From Auanema rhodensis (lineage: Eukaryota > Animalia > Nematoda): a stretch of DNA of 64,000 bases. The notes under the pieces are model-generated. The model saw only the letters and a program-made list of their open reading frames with translations. It was not told the origin of the DNA and did no database searches. Where the stretch lies: contig OZ059896.1 in assembly GCA_964057225.1 (NCBI GenBank), forward strand, positions 19,592,001-19,656,000, written 5' to 3'. Positions 42,410 to 57,200 of this stretch are shown here, piece after piece. The translations under genes were made by a program, and so were the position numbers. Position 1 is the stretch's first letter. Each line of letters opens with the position of its first letter.

Positions 42410-45400
42410 AATTTAGCAAAAAGTAGATGTTTTTAGATTCCTTTTTTCAAGGCAAAGACGATGGACAATGTTATTCAACGAAAAAATTAATTCTTCAGGG
42501 TGAAAATCGAGGATATAAGTGTGAACTTATATCAGTTGATATCTCGGTGCATTTTTAAGCTAGCGCAAATCTGATAACACAGATCGACGCAGCTTAAAAA
42601 TCCGCATCGAATGCACTATACTACATTGAGAAACGCTTAATACAAAAATTAGTTATGATCGTTTGAAAAATGATGCATTAGTGTATGTTGAGTTTCCATG
42701 TACACTCAACATTGCTTCCAAAAACATTTTGACAAAAATTTTTTCGAAAAATTTCAAAATAATTTAGCAAAAAGTAGATGTTTTTAGATTCCTTTTTTCA
42801 AGGCAAAGACGATGGACATTGTTATTCAACGAAAAAATTAATTCTTCAGGGTGAAAATCGAGGATATAAGTGTGAACTTATATCAGTTGATATCTCGGTG
42901 CATTTTTAAGCTAGCGCAAATCTGATAACACAGATCGACGCAGCTTAAAAATCCGCATCGAATGCACTATACTACATTGAGAAACGCTTAATACAAAAAT
43001 TAGTTATGATCGTTTGAAAAATGATGCATTAGTGTATGTTGAGTTTCCATGTACACTCAACATTGCTTCCAAAAACATTTTGACAAAAATTTTTTCGAAA
43101 AATTTCAAAATAATTTAGCAAAAAGTAGATGTTTTTAGATTCCTTTTTTCAAGGCAAAGACGATGGACAATGTTATTCAACGAAAAAATTAATTCTTCAG
43201 GGTGAAAATCGAGGATATAAGTGTAAACTTATATCAGTTGATATCTCGGTGCACTTTTAAGCTAGCGCAAATCTGATAACACAGATCGACGCAGCTTGAA
43301 AATCCGCATCGAATGCACTATACTACATTGAGAAACGCTTAATACAAAAATTAGTTATGATCGTTTGAAAAATGATGCATTAGTGTATGTTGAGTTTCCA
43401 TGTACACTCAACATTGCTTCCAAAAACATTTTGACAAAAATTTTTTCGAAAAATTTTAAAATAATTTAGCAAAAAGTAGATGTTTTTAGATTCCTTTTTT
43501 CAAGGCAAAGACGATGGACAATGTTATTCAACGAAAAAATTAATTCTTCAGGGTGAAAATCGAGGATATAAGTGTAAACTTATATCAGTTGATATCTCGG
43601 TGCACTTTTAAGCTAGCGCAAATCTGATAACACAGATCGACGCAGCTTAAAAATCCGCATCGAATGCACTACACTACATTGAGAAACGCCTAATACAAAA
43701 ATTAGTTATGATCGTTTGAAAAATGATGCATTAGTGTATGTTGAGTTTCCGTGTACACTCAACATTGCTTCCAAAAACAATTTGACAAAAATTTTTTCGA
43801 AAAATTTCAAAATAATTTAGCAAAAAGTAGATGTTTTTAGATTCCTTTTTTCAAGGCAAAGACGATGGACAATGTTATTCAACGAAAAAATTAATTCTTC
43901 AGGGTGAAAATCGAGGATATAAGTGTAAACTTATATCAGTTGATATCTCGGTGCACTTTTAAGCTAGCGCAAATCTGATAACACAGATCGACGCAGCTTA
44001 AAAATCCGCATCGAATGCACTACACTACATTGAGAAACGCTTAATACAAAAATTAGTTATGATCGTTTGAAAAATGATGCATTAGTGTATGTTGAGTTTC
44101 CATGTACACTCAACATTGCTTCCAAAAACATTTTGACAAAAATTTTTTCGAAAAATTTTAAAATAATTTAGCAAAAAGTAGATGTTTTTAGATTCCTTTT
44201 TTCAAGGCAAAGACGATGGACAATGTTATTCAACGAAAAAATTAATTCTTCAGGGTGAAAATCGAGGATATAAGTGTAAACTTATATCAGTTGATATCTC
44301 GGTGCACTTTTAAGCTAGCGCAAATCTGATAACACAGATCGACGCAGCTTAAAAATCCGCATCGAATGCACTACACTACATTGAGAAACGCTTAATACAA
44401 AAATTAGTTATGATCGTTTGAAAAATGATGCATTAGTGTATGTTGAGTTTCCGTGTACACTCAACATTGCTTCCAAAAACAATTTGACAAAAATTTTTTC
44501 GAAAAATTTCAAAATAATTTAGCAAAAAGTAGATGTTTTTAGATTCCTTTTTTCAAGGCAAAGACGATGGACAATGTTATTCAACAAAAAAATTAATTCT
44601 TCAGGGTGAAAATCGAGGATATAAGTGTAAACTTATATCAGTTGATATCTCGGTGCACTTTTAAGCTAGCGCAAATCTGATAACACAGATCGACGCAGCT
44701 TAAAAATCCGCATCGAATGCACTACACTACATTGAGAAACGCTTAATACAAAAATTAGTTATGATCGTTTGAAAAATGATGCATTAGTGTATGTTGAGTT
44801 TCCATGTACACTCAACATTGCTTCCAAAAACATTTTGACAAAAATTTTTTCGAAAAATTTTAAAATAATTTAGCAAAAAGTAGATGTTTTTAGATTCCTT
44901 TTTTCAAGGCAAAGACGATGGACAATGTTATTCAACGAAAAAATTAATTCTTCAGGGTGAAAATCGAGGATATAAGTGTGAACTTATATCAGTTGATATC
45001 TCGGTGCATTTTTAAGCTAGCGCAAATCTAATAACACAGATCGACGCAGCTTGAAAATCCGCATCGAATGCACTATACTACATTGAGAAACGCTTAATAC
45101 AAAAATTAGTTATGATCGTTTGAAAAATGATGCATTAGTGTATGTTGAGTTTCCATGTACACTCAACATTGCTTCCAAAAACATTTTGACAAAACTTTTT
45201 TCGAAAATTTTCAGATTAATTTAGCAAAAAGTAGATGTTTTTAGATTCCTTTTTTCAAGGCAAAGACGATGGACAATGTTATTCAACGAAAAAATTAATT
45301 CTTCAGGGTGAAAATCGAGGATATAAGTGTAAACTTATATCAGTTGATATCTCGGTGCACTTTTAAGCTAGCGCAAATCTGATAACACAGATCGACGCAG

Positions 45401-46332
45401 CTTAAAAATCCGCATCGAATGCACTATACTACATTGAGAAACGCTTAATACAAAAATTAGTTATGATCGTTTGAAAAATGATGCATTAGTGTATGTTGAG
45501 TTTCCATGTACACTCAACATTGTTTCCAAAAACATTTTGACAAAATTTTTTTCGAAAAATTTCAAAATAATTTAGCAAAAAGTAGATGTTTTTAGATTCC
45601 TTTTTTCAAGGCAAAGACGATGGACAATGTTATTCAACGAAAAAATTAATTCTTCAGGGTGAAAATCGAGGATATAAGTGTGAACTTATATCAGTTGACA
45701 TCTCGGTGCATTTTTAAGCTAGCGCAAATCTGATAACACAGATCGACGCAGCTTAAAAATCCGCATCGAATGCACTATACTACATTGAGAAACGCTTAAT
45801 ACAAAAATTAGTTATGATCGTTTGAAAAATGATGCATTAGTGTATGTTGAGTTTCCGTGTACACTCAACATTGCTTCCAAAAACAATTTGACAAAAATTT
45901 TTTCGAAAAATTTCAAAATAATTTAGCAAAAAGTAGATGTTTTTAGATTTCTTTTTTCAAGGCAAAGACGATGGACAATGTTATTCAACGAAAAAATTAA
46001 TTCTTCAGGGTGAAAATCGAGGATATAAGTGTAAACTTATATCAGTTGATATCTCGGTGCACCTTTAAGCTAGCGCAAATCTGATAACACAGATCGACGC
46101 AGCTTAAAAATCCGCATCGAATGCACTACACTACATTGAGAAACGCTTAATACAAAAATTAGTTATGATCGTTTGAAAAATGATGCATTAGTGTATGTTG
46201 AGTTTCCATGTACACTCAACATTGCTTCCAAAAACATTTTGACAAAAATTTTTTCGAAAAATTTCAAAATAATTTAGCAAAAAGTAGATGTTTTTAGATT
46301 CCTTTTTTCAAGGCAAAGACGATGGACAATGT

Positions 46333-49300
46333 TATTCAACGAAAAAATTAATTCTTCAGGGTGAAAATCGAGGATATAAGTGTGAACTTATATCAGTTGA
46401 TATCTCGGTGCATTTTTAAGCTAGCGCAAATCTGATAACACAGATCGACGCAGCTTAAAAATCCGCATCGAATGCACTATACTACATTGAGAAACGCTTA
46501 ATACAAAAATTAGTTATGATCGTTTGAAAAATGATGCATTAGTGTATGTTGAGTTTCCATGTACACTCAACATTGCTTCCAAAAACATTTTGACAAAAAT
46601 TTTTTCGAAAAATTTCAAAATAATTTAGCAAAAAGTAGATGTTTTTAGATTCCTTTTTTCAAGGCAAAGACGATGGACATTGTTATTCAACGAAAAAATT
46701 AATTCTTCAGGGTGAAAATCGAGGATATAAGTGTGAACTTATATCAGTTGATATCTCGGTGCATTTTTAAGCTAGCGCAAATCTGATAACACAGATCGAC
46801 GCAGCTTAAAAATCCGCATCGAATGCACTATACTACATTGAGAAACGCTTAATACAAAAATTAGTTATGATTGTTTGAAAAATGATGCATTAGTGTATGT
46901 TGAGTTTCCGTGTACACTCAACATTGCTTCCAAAAACATTTTGACAAAAATTTTTTCGAAAAATTTCAAAATAATTTAGCAAAAAGTAGATGTTTTTAGA
47001 TTCCTTTTTTCAAGGCAAAGACGATGGACAATGTTATTCAACGAAAAAATTAATTCTTCAGGGTGAAAATCGAGGATATAAGTGTAAACTTATATCAGTT
47101 GATATCTCGGTGCACTTTTAAGCTAGCGCAAATCTGATAACACAGATCGACGCAGCTTGAAAATCCGCATCGAATGCACTATACTACATTGAGAAACGCT
47201 TAATACAAAAATTAGTTATGATCGTTTGAAAAATGATGCATTAGTGTATGTTGAGTTTCCATGTACACTCAACATTGCTTCCAAAAACATTTTGACAAAA
47301 ATTTTTTCGAAAAATTTTAAAATAATTTAGCAAAAAGTAGATGTTTTTAGATTCCTTTTTTCAAGGCAAAGACGATGGACAATGTTATTCAACGAAAAAA
47401 TTAATTCTTCAGGGTGAAAATCGAGGATATAAGTGTGAACTTATATCAGTTGATATCTCGGTGCATTTTTAAGCTAGCGCAAATCTAATAACACAGATCG
47501 ACGCAGCTTGAAAATCCGCATCGAATGCACTATACTACATTGAGAAACGCTTAATACAAAAATTAGTTATGATCGTTTGAAAAATGATGCATTAGTGTAT
47601 GTTGAGTTTCCATGTACACTCAACATTGCTTCCAAAAACATTTTGACAAAACTTTTTTCGAAAATTTTCAGAATAATTTAGCAAAAAGTAGATGTATTTA
47701 GATTCCTTTTTTCAAGGCAAAGACGATGGACAATGTTATTCAACGAAAAAATTAATTCTTCAGGGTGAAAATCGAGGATATAAGTGTAAACTTATATCAG
47801 TTGATATCTCGGTGCACTTTTAAGCTAGCGCAAATCTGATAACACAGATCGACGCAGCTTAAAAATCCGCATCGAATGCACTATACTACATTGAGAAACG
47901 CTTAATACAAAAATTAGTTATGATCGTTTGAAAAATGATGCATTAGTGTATGTTGAGTTTCCATGTACACTCAACATTGCTTCCAAAAACATTTTGACAA
48001 AAATTTTTTCGAAAAATTTCAAAATAATTTAGCAAAAAGTAGATGTTTTTAGATTCCTTTTTTCAAGGCAAAGACGATGGACAATGTTATTCAACGAAAA
48101 AATTAATTCTTCAGGGTGAAAATCGAGGATATAAGTGTGAACTTATATCAGTTGATATCTCGGTGCATTTTTAAGCTAGCGCAAATCTGATAACACAGAT
48201 CGACGCAGCTTAAAAATCCGCATCGAATGCACTATACTACATTGAGAAACGCTTAATACAAAAATTAGTTATGATCGTTTGAAAAATGATGCATTAGTGT
48301 ATGTTGAGTTTCCGTGTACACTCAACATTGCTTCCAAAAACAATTTGACAAAAATTTTTTCGAAAAATTTCAAAATAATTTAGCAAAAAGTAGATGTTTT
48401 TAGATTTCTTTTTTCAAGGCAAAGACGATGGACAATGTTATTCAACGAAAAAATTAATTCTTCAGGGTGAAAATCGAGGATATAAGTGTAAACTTATATC
48501 AGTTGATATCTCGGTGCACTTTTAAGCTAGCGCAAATCTGATAACACAGATCGACGCAGCTTAAAAATCCGCATCGAATGCACTACACTACATTGAGAAA
48601 CGCTTAATACAAAAATTAGTTATGATCGTTTGAAAAATGATGCATTAGTGTATGTTGAGTTTCCATGTACACTCAACATTGCTTCCAAAAACATTTTGAC
48701 AAAAATTTTTTCGAAAAATTTCAAAATAATTTAGCAAAAAGTAGATGTTTTTAGATTCCTTTTTTCAAGGCAAAGACGATGGACAATGTTATTCAACGAA
48801 AAAATTAATTCTTCAGGGTGAAAATCGAGGATATAAGTGTGAACTTATATCAGTTGATATCTCGGTGCATTTTTAAGCTAGCGCAAATCTGATAACACAG
48901 ATCGACGCAGCTTAAAAATCCGCATCGAATGCACTATACTACATTGAGAAACGCTTAATACAAAAATTAGTTATGATCGTTTGAAAAATGATGCATTAGT
49001 GTATGTTGAGTTTCCATGTACACTCAACATTGCTTCCAAAAACATTTTGACAAAAATTTTTTCGAAAAATTTCAAAATAATTCAGCAAAAAGTAGATGTT
49101 TTTAGATTCCTTTTTTCAAGGCAAAGACGATGGACATTGTTATTCAACGAAAAAATTAATTCTTCAGGGTGAAAATCGAGGATATAAGTGTGAACTTATA
49201 TCAGTTGATATCTCGGTGCATTTTTAAGCTAGCGCAAATCTGATAACACAGATCGACGCAGCTTAAAAATCCGCATCGAATGCACTATACTACATTGAGA

Positions 49301-51246
49301 AACGCTTAATACAAAAATTAGTTATGATTGTTTGAAAAATGATGCATTAGTGTATGTTGAGTTTCCGTGTACACTCAACATTGCTTCCAAAAACATTTTG
49401 ACAAAAATTTTTTCGAAAAATTTCAAAATAATTTAGCAAAAAGTAGATGTTTTTAGATTCCTTTTTTCAAGGCAAAGACGATGGACAATGTTATTCAACG
49501 AAAAAATTAATTCTTCAGGGTGAAAATCGAGGATATAAGTGTAAACTTATATCAGTTGATATCTCGGTGCACTTTTAAGCTAGCGCAAATCTGATAACAC
49601 AGATCGACGCAGCTTGAAAATCCGCATCGAATGCACTATACTACATTGAGAAACGCTTAATACAAAAATTAGTTATGATCGTTTGAAAAATGATGCATTA
49701 GTGTATGTTGAGTTTCCATGTACACTCAACATTGCTTCCAAAAACATTTTGACAAAAATTTTTTCGAAAAATTTTAAAATAATTTAGCAAAAAGTAGATG
49801 TTTTTAGATTCCTTTTTTCAAGGCAAAGACGATGGACAATGTTATTCAACGAAAAAATTAATTCTTCAGGGTGAAAATCGAGGATATAAGTGTAAACTTA
49901 TATCAGTTGATATCTCGGTGCACTTTTAAGCTAGCGCAAATCTGATAACACAGATCGACGCAGCTTAAAAATCCGCATCGAATGCACTATACTACATTGA
50001 GAAACGCTTAATACAAAAATTAGTTATGATCGTTTGAAAAATGATGCATTAGTGTATGTTGAGTTTCCATGTACACTCAACATTGCTTCCCAAAACATTT
50101 TGACAAAAATTTTTTCGAAAAATTTCAAAATAATTCAGCAAAAAGTAGATGTTTTTAGATTCCTTTTTTCAAGGCAAAGACGATGGACAATGTTATTCAA
50201 CGAAAAAATTAATTCTTCAGGGTGAAAATCGAGGATATAAGTGTGAACATATATCAGTTGATATCTCGGTGCATTTTTAAGCTAGCGCAAATCTGATAAC
50301 ACAGATCGACGCAGCTTAAAAATCCGCATCGAATGCACTATACTACATTGAGAAACGCTTAATACAAAAATTAGTTATGATCGTTTGAAAAATGATGCAT
50401 TAGTGTATGTTGAGTTTCCGTGTACACTCAACATTGCTTCCAAAAACATTTTGACAAAAATTTTTTCGAAAAATTTCAAAATAATTTAGCAAAAAGTAGA
50501 TGTTTTTAGATTCCTTTTTTCAAGGCAAAGACGATGGACAATGTTATTCAACGAAAAAATTAATTCTTCAGGGTGAAAATCGAGGATATAAGTGTGAACT
50601 TATATCAGTTGATATCTCGGTGCATTTTTAAGCTAGCGCAAATCTGATAACACAGATCGACGCAGCTTAAAAATCCGCATCGAATGCACTATACTACATT
50701 GAGAAACGCTTAATACAAAAATTAGTTATGATCGTTTGAAAAATGATGCATTAGTGTATGTTGAGTTTCCATGTACACTCAACATTGCTTCCAAAAACAT
50801 TTTGACAAAACTTTTTTCGAAAATTTTCAGAATAATTTAGCAAAAAGTAGATGTTTTTAGATTCCTTTTTTCAAGGCAAAGACGATGGACAATGTTATTC
50901 AACGAAAAAATTAATTCTTCAGGGTGAAAATCGAGGATATAAGTGTAAACTTATATCAGTTGATATCTCGGTGCACTTTTAAGCTAGCGCAAATCTGATA
51001 ACACAGATCGACGCAGCTTAAAAATCCGCATCGAATGCACTATACTACATTGAGAAACGCTTAATACAAAAATTAGTTATGATCGTTTGAAAAATGATGC
51101 ATTAGTGTATGTTGAGTTTCCATGTACACTCAACATTGCTTCCAAAAACATTTTGACAAAAATTTTTTCGAAAAATTTCAAAATAATTTAGCAAAAAGTA
51201 GATGTTTTTAGATTTCTTTTTTCAAGGCAAAGACGATGGACAATGT
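46333..51246 (+). repeat. Two different 7-mer variants of the 9-mer HOR (2457 bp each)
   Basis: Units 132-138 read A'BCF'GHI (no D or E); units 139-145 read ABCDEFG (no full H or I). ORFs 48981 to 51438 and 50034 to 52491 are 2457 bp apart. Confidence 0.85.
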
Positions 51247-54200
51247 TATTCAACGAAAAAATTAATTCTTCAGGGTGAAAATCGAGGATATAAGTGTGAA
51301 CTTATATCAGTTGATATCTCGGTGCATTTTTAAGCTAGCGCAAATCTGATAACACAGATCGACGCAGCTTAAAAATCCGCATCGAATGCACTATACTACA
51401 TTGAGAAACGCTTAATACAAAAATTAGTTATGATCGTTTGAAAAATGATGCATTAGTGTATGTTGAGTTTCCATGTACACTCAACATTGCTTCCAAAAAC
51501 ATTTTGACAAAAATTTTTTCGAAAAATTTCAAAATAATTCAGCAAAAAGTAGATGTTTTTAGATTCCTTTTTTCAAGGCAAAGACGATGGACATTGTTAT
51601 TCAACGAAAAAATTAATTCTTCAGGGTGAAAATCGAGGATATAAGTGTGAACTTATATCAGTTGATATCTCGGTGCATTTTTAAGCTAGCGCAAATCTGA
51701 TAACACAGATCGACGCAGCTTAAAAATCCGCATCGAATGCACTATACTACATTGAGAAACGCTTAATACAAAAATTAGTTATGATTGTTTGAAAAATGAT
51801 GCATTAGTGTATGTTGAGTTTCCGTGTACACTCAACATTGCTTCCAAAAACATTTTGACAAAAATTTTTTCGAAAAATTTCAAAATAATTTAGCAAAAAG
51901 TAGATGTTTTTAGATTCCTTTTTTCAAGGCAAAGACGATGGACAATGTTATTCAACGAAAAAATTAATTCTTCAGGGTGAAAATCGAGGATATAAGTGTA
52001 AACTTATATCAGTTGATATCTCGGTGCACTTTTAAGCTAGCGCAAATCTGATAACACAGATCGACGCAGCTTGAAAATCCGCATCGAATGCACTATACTA
52101 CATTGAGAAACGCTTAATACAAAAATTAGTTATGATCGTTTGAAAAATGATGCATTAGTGTATGTTGAGTTTCCATGTACACTCAACATTGCTTCCAAAA
52201 ACATTTTGACAAAAATTTTTTCGAAAAATTTTAAAATAATTTAGCAAAAAGTAGATGTTTTTAGATTCCTTTTTTCAAGGCAAAGACGATGGACAATGTT
52301 ATTCAACGAAAAAATTAATTCTTCAGGGTGAAAATCGAGGATATAAGTGTAAACTTATATCAGTTGATATCTCGGTGCACTTTTAAGCTAGCGCAAATCT
52401 GATAACACAGATCGACGCAGCTTAAAAATCCGCATCGAATGCACTATACTACATTGAGAAACGCTTAATACAAAAATTAGTTATGATCGTTTGAAAAATG
52501 ATGCATTAGTGTATGTTGAGTTTCCATGTACACTCAACATTGCTTCCCAAAACATTTTGACAAAAATTTTTTCGAAAAATTTCAAAATAATTCAGCAAAA
52601 AGTAGATGTTTTTAGATTCCTTTTTTCAAGGCAAAGACGATGGACAATGTTATTCAACGAAAAAATTAATTCTTCAGGGTGAAAATCGAGGATATAAGTG
52701 TGAACATATATCAGTTGATATCTCGGTGCATTTTTAAGCTAGCGCAAATCTGATAACACAGATCGACGCAGCTTAAAAATCCGCATCGAATGCACTATAC
52801 TACATTGAGAAACGCTTAATACAAAAATTAGTTATGATCGTTTGAAAAATGATGCATTAGTGTATGTTGAGTTTCCGTGTACACTCAACATTGCTTCCAA
52901 AAACATTTTGACAAAAATTTTTTCGAAAAATTTCAAAATAATTTAGCAAAAAGTAGATGTTTTTAGATTCCTTTTTTCAAGGCAAAGACGATGGACAATG
53001 TTATTCAACGAAAAAATTAATTCTTCAGGGTGAAAATCGAGGATATAAGTGTGAACTTATATCAGTTGATATCTCGGTGCATTTTTAAGCTAGCGCAAAT
53101 CTGATAACACAGATCGACGCAGCTTAAAAATCCGCATCGAATGCACTATACTACATTGAGAAACGCTTAATACAAAAATTAGTTATGATCGTTTGAAAAA
53201 TGATGCATTAGTGTATGTTGAGTTTCCATGTACACTCAACATTGCTTCCAAAAACATTTTGACAAAACTTTTTTCGAAAATTTTCAGAATAATTTAGCAA
53301 AAAGTAGATGTTTTTAGATTCCTTTTTTCAAGGCAAAGACGATGGACAATGTTATTCAACGAAAAAATTAATTCTTCAGGGTGAAAATCGAGGATATAAG
53401 TGTAAACTTATATCAGTTGATATCTCGGTGCACTTTTAAGCTAGCGCAAATCTGATAACACAGATCGACGCAGCTTAAAAATCCGCATCGAATGCACTAT
53501 ACTACATTGAGAAACGCTTAATACAAAAATTAGTTATGATCGTTTGAAAAATGATGCATTAGTGTATGTTGAGTTTCCATGTACACTCAACATTGCTTCC
53601 AAAAACATTTTGACAAAAATTTTTTCGAAAAATTTCAAAATAATTTAGCAAAAAGTAGATGTTTTTAGATTCCTTTTTTCAAGGCAAAGACGATGGACAA
53701 TGTTATTCAACGAAAAAATTAATTCTTCAGGGTGAAAATCGAGGATATAAGTGTGAACTTATATCAGTTGATATCTCGGTGCATTTTTAAGCTAGCGCAA
53801 ATCTGATAACACAGATCGACGCAGCTTAAAAATCCGCATCGAATGCACTATACTACATTGAGAAACGCTTAATACAAAAATTAGTTATGATCGTTTGAAA
53901 AATGATGCATTAGTGTATGTTGAGTTTCCGTGTACACTCAACATTGCTTCCAAAAACAATTTGACAAAAATTTTTTCGAAAAATTTCAAAATAATTTAGC
54001 AAAAAGTAGATGTTTTTAGATTTCTTTTTTCAAGGCAAAGACGATGGACAATGTTATTCAACGAAAAAATTAATTCTTCAGGGTGAAAATCGAGGATATA
54101 AGTGTAAACTTATATCAGTTGATATCTCGGTGCACTTTTAAGCTAGCGCAAATCTGATAACACAGATCGACGCAGCTTAAAAATCCGCATCGAATGCACT

Positions 54201-57200
54201 ACACTACATTGAGAAACGCTTAATACAAAAATTAGTTATGATCGTTTGAAAAATGATGCATTAGTGTATGTTGAGTTTCCATGTACACTCAACATTGCTT
54301 CCAAAAACATTTTGACAAAAATTTTTTCGAAAAATTTCAAAATAATTTAGCAAAAAGTAGATGTTTTTAGATTCCTTTTTTCAAGGCAAAGACGATGGAC
54401 AATGTTATTCAACGAAAAAATTAATTCTTCAGGGTGAAAATCGAGGATATAAGTGTGAACTTATATCAGTTGATATCTCGGTGCATTTTTAAGCTAGCGC
54501 AAATCTGATAACACAGATCGACGCAGCTTAAAAATCCGCATCGAATGCACTATACTACATTGAGAAACGCTTAATACAAAAATTAGTTATGATCGTTTGA
54601 AAAATGATGCATTAGTGTATGTTGAGTTTCCATGTACACTCAACATTGCTTCCAAAAACATTTTGACAAAAATTTTTTCGAAAAATTTCAAAATAATTCA
54701 GCAAAAAGTAGATGTTTTTAGATTCCTTTTTTCAAGGCAAAGACGATGGACATTGTTATTCAACGAAAAAATTAATTCTTCAGGGTGAAAATCGAGGATA
54801 TAAGTGTGAACTTATATCAGTTGATATCTCGGTGCATTTTTAAGCTAGCGCAAATCTGATAACACAGATCGACGCAGCTTAAAAATCCGCATCGAATGCA
54901 CTATACTACATTGAGAAACGCTTAATACAAAAATTAGTTATGATTGTTTGAAAAATGATGCATTAGTGTATGTTGAGTTTCCGTGTACACTCAACATTGC
55001 TTCCAAAAACATTTTGACAAAAATTTTTTCGAAAAATTTCAAAATAATTTAGCAAAAAGTAGATGTTTTTAGATTCCTTTTTTCAAGGCAAAGACGATGG
55101 ACAATGTTATTCAACGAAAAAATTAATTCTTCAGGGTGAAAATCGAGGATATAAGTGTAAACTTATATCAGTTGATATCTCGGTGCACTTTTAAGCTAGC
55201 GCAAATCTGATAACACAGATCGACGCAGCTTGAAAATCCGCATCGAATGCACTATACTACATTGAGAAACGCTTAATACAAAAATTAGTTATGATCGTTT
55301 GAAAAATGATGCATTAGTGTATGTTGAGTTTCCATGTACACTCAACATTGCTTCCAAAAACATTTTGACAAAAATTTTTTCGAAAAATTTTAAAATAATT
55401 TAGCAAAAAGTAGATGTTTTTAGATTCCTTTTTTCAAGGCAAAGACGATGGACAATGTTATTCAACGAAAAAATTAATTCTTCAGGGTGAAAATCGAGGA
55501 TATAAGTGTAAACTTATATCAGTTGATATCTCGGTGCACTTTTAAGCTAGCGCAAATCTGATAACACAGATCGACGCAGCTTAAAAATCCGCATCGAATG
55601 CACTATACTACATTGAGAAACGCTTAATACAAAAATTAGTTATGATCGTTTGAAAAATGATGCATTAGTGTATGTTGAGTTTCCATGTACACTCAACATT
55701 GCTTCCCAAAACATTTTGACAAAAATTTTTTCGAAAAATTTCAAAATAATTCAGCAAAAAGTAGATGTTTTTAGATTCCTTTTTTCAAGGCAAAGACGAT
55801 GGACAATGTTATTCAACGAAAAAATTAATTCTTCAGGGTGAAAATCGAGGATATAAGTGTGAACATATATCAGTTGATATCTCGGTGCATTTTTAAGCTA
55901 GCGCAAATCTGATAACACAGATCGACGCAGCTTAAAAATCCGCATCGAATGCACTATACTACATTGAGAAACGCTTAATACAAAAATTAGTTATGATCGT
56001 TTGAAAAATGATGCATTAGTGTATGTTGAGTTTCCGTGTACACTCAACATTGCTTCCAAAAACATTTTGACAAAAATTTTTTCGAAAAATTTCAAAATAA
56101 TTTAGCAAAAAGTAGATGTTTTTAGATTCCTTTTTTCAAGGCAAAGACGATGGACAATGTTATTCAACGAAAAAATTAATTCTTCAGGGTGAAAATCGAG
56201 GATATAAGTGTAAACTTATATCAGTTGATATCTCGGTGCATTTTTAAGCTAGCGCAAATCTGATAACACAGATCGACGCAGCTTAAAAATCCGCATCGAA
56301 TGCACTATACTACATTGAGAAACGCTTAATACAAAAATTAGTTATGATCGTTTGAAAAATGATGCATTAGTGTATGTTGAGTTTCCATGTACACTCAACA
56401 TTGCTTCCAAAAACATTTTGACAAAACTTTTTTCGAAAATTTTCAGAATAATTTAGCAAAAAGTAGATGTATTTAGATTCCTTTTTTCAAGGCAAAGACG
56501 ATGGACAATGTTATTCAACGAAAAAATTAATTCTTCAGGGTGAAAATCGAGGATATAAGTGTAAACTTATATCAGTTGATATCTCGGTGCACTTTTAAGC
56601 TAGCGCAAATCTGATAACACAGATCGACGCAGCTTAAAAATCCGCATCGAATGCACTATACTACATTGAGAAACGCTTAATACAAAAATTAGTTATGATC
56701 GTTTGAAAAATGATGCATTAGTGTATGTTGAGTTTCCATGTACACTCAACATTGCTTCCAAAAACATTTTGACAAAAATTTTTTCGAAAAATTTCAAAAT
56801 AATTTAGCAAAAAGTAGATGTTTTTAGATTCCTTTTTTCAAGGCAAAGACGATGGACAATGTTATTCAACGAAAAAATTAATTCTTCAGGGTGAAAATCG
56901 AGGATATAAGTGTGAACTTATATCAGTTGATATCTCGGTGCATTTTTAAGCTAGCGCAAATCTGATAACACAGATCGACGCAGCTTAAAAATCCGCATCG
57001 AATGCACTATACTACATTGAGAAACGCTTAATACAAAAATTAGTTATGATCGTTTGAAAAATGATGCATTAGTGTATGTTGAGTTTCCGTGTACACTCAA
57101 CATTGCTTCCAAAAACAATTTGACAAAAATTTTTTCGAAAAATTTCAAAATAATTTAGCAAAAAGTAGATGTTTTTAGATTTCTTTTTTCAAGGCAAAGA

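Larger units (their letters stand above)
42121..42471 (+). repeat. Representative consensus monomer (unit 120)
   Basis: Carries the majority base at every variable site I tracked (G52, C72, T81, A125, T148, A227, T294, A348). 110/351 bases are G+C and there are 12 CpG by hand count. Confidence 0.93.
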
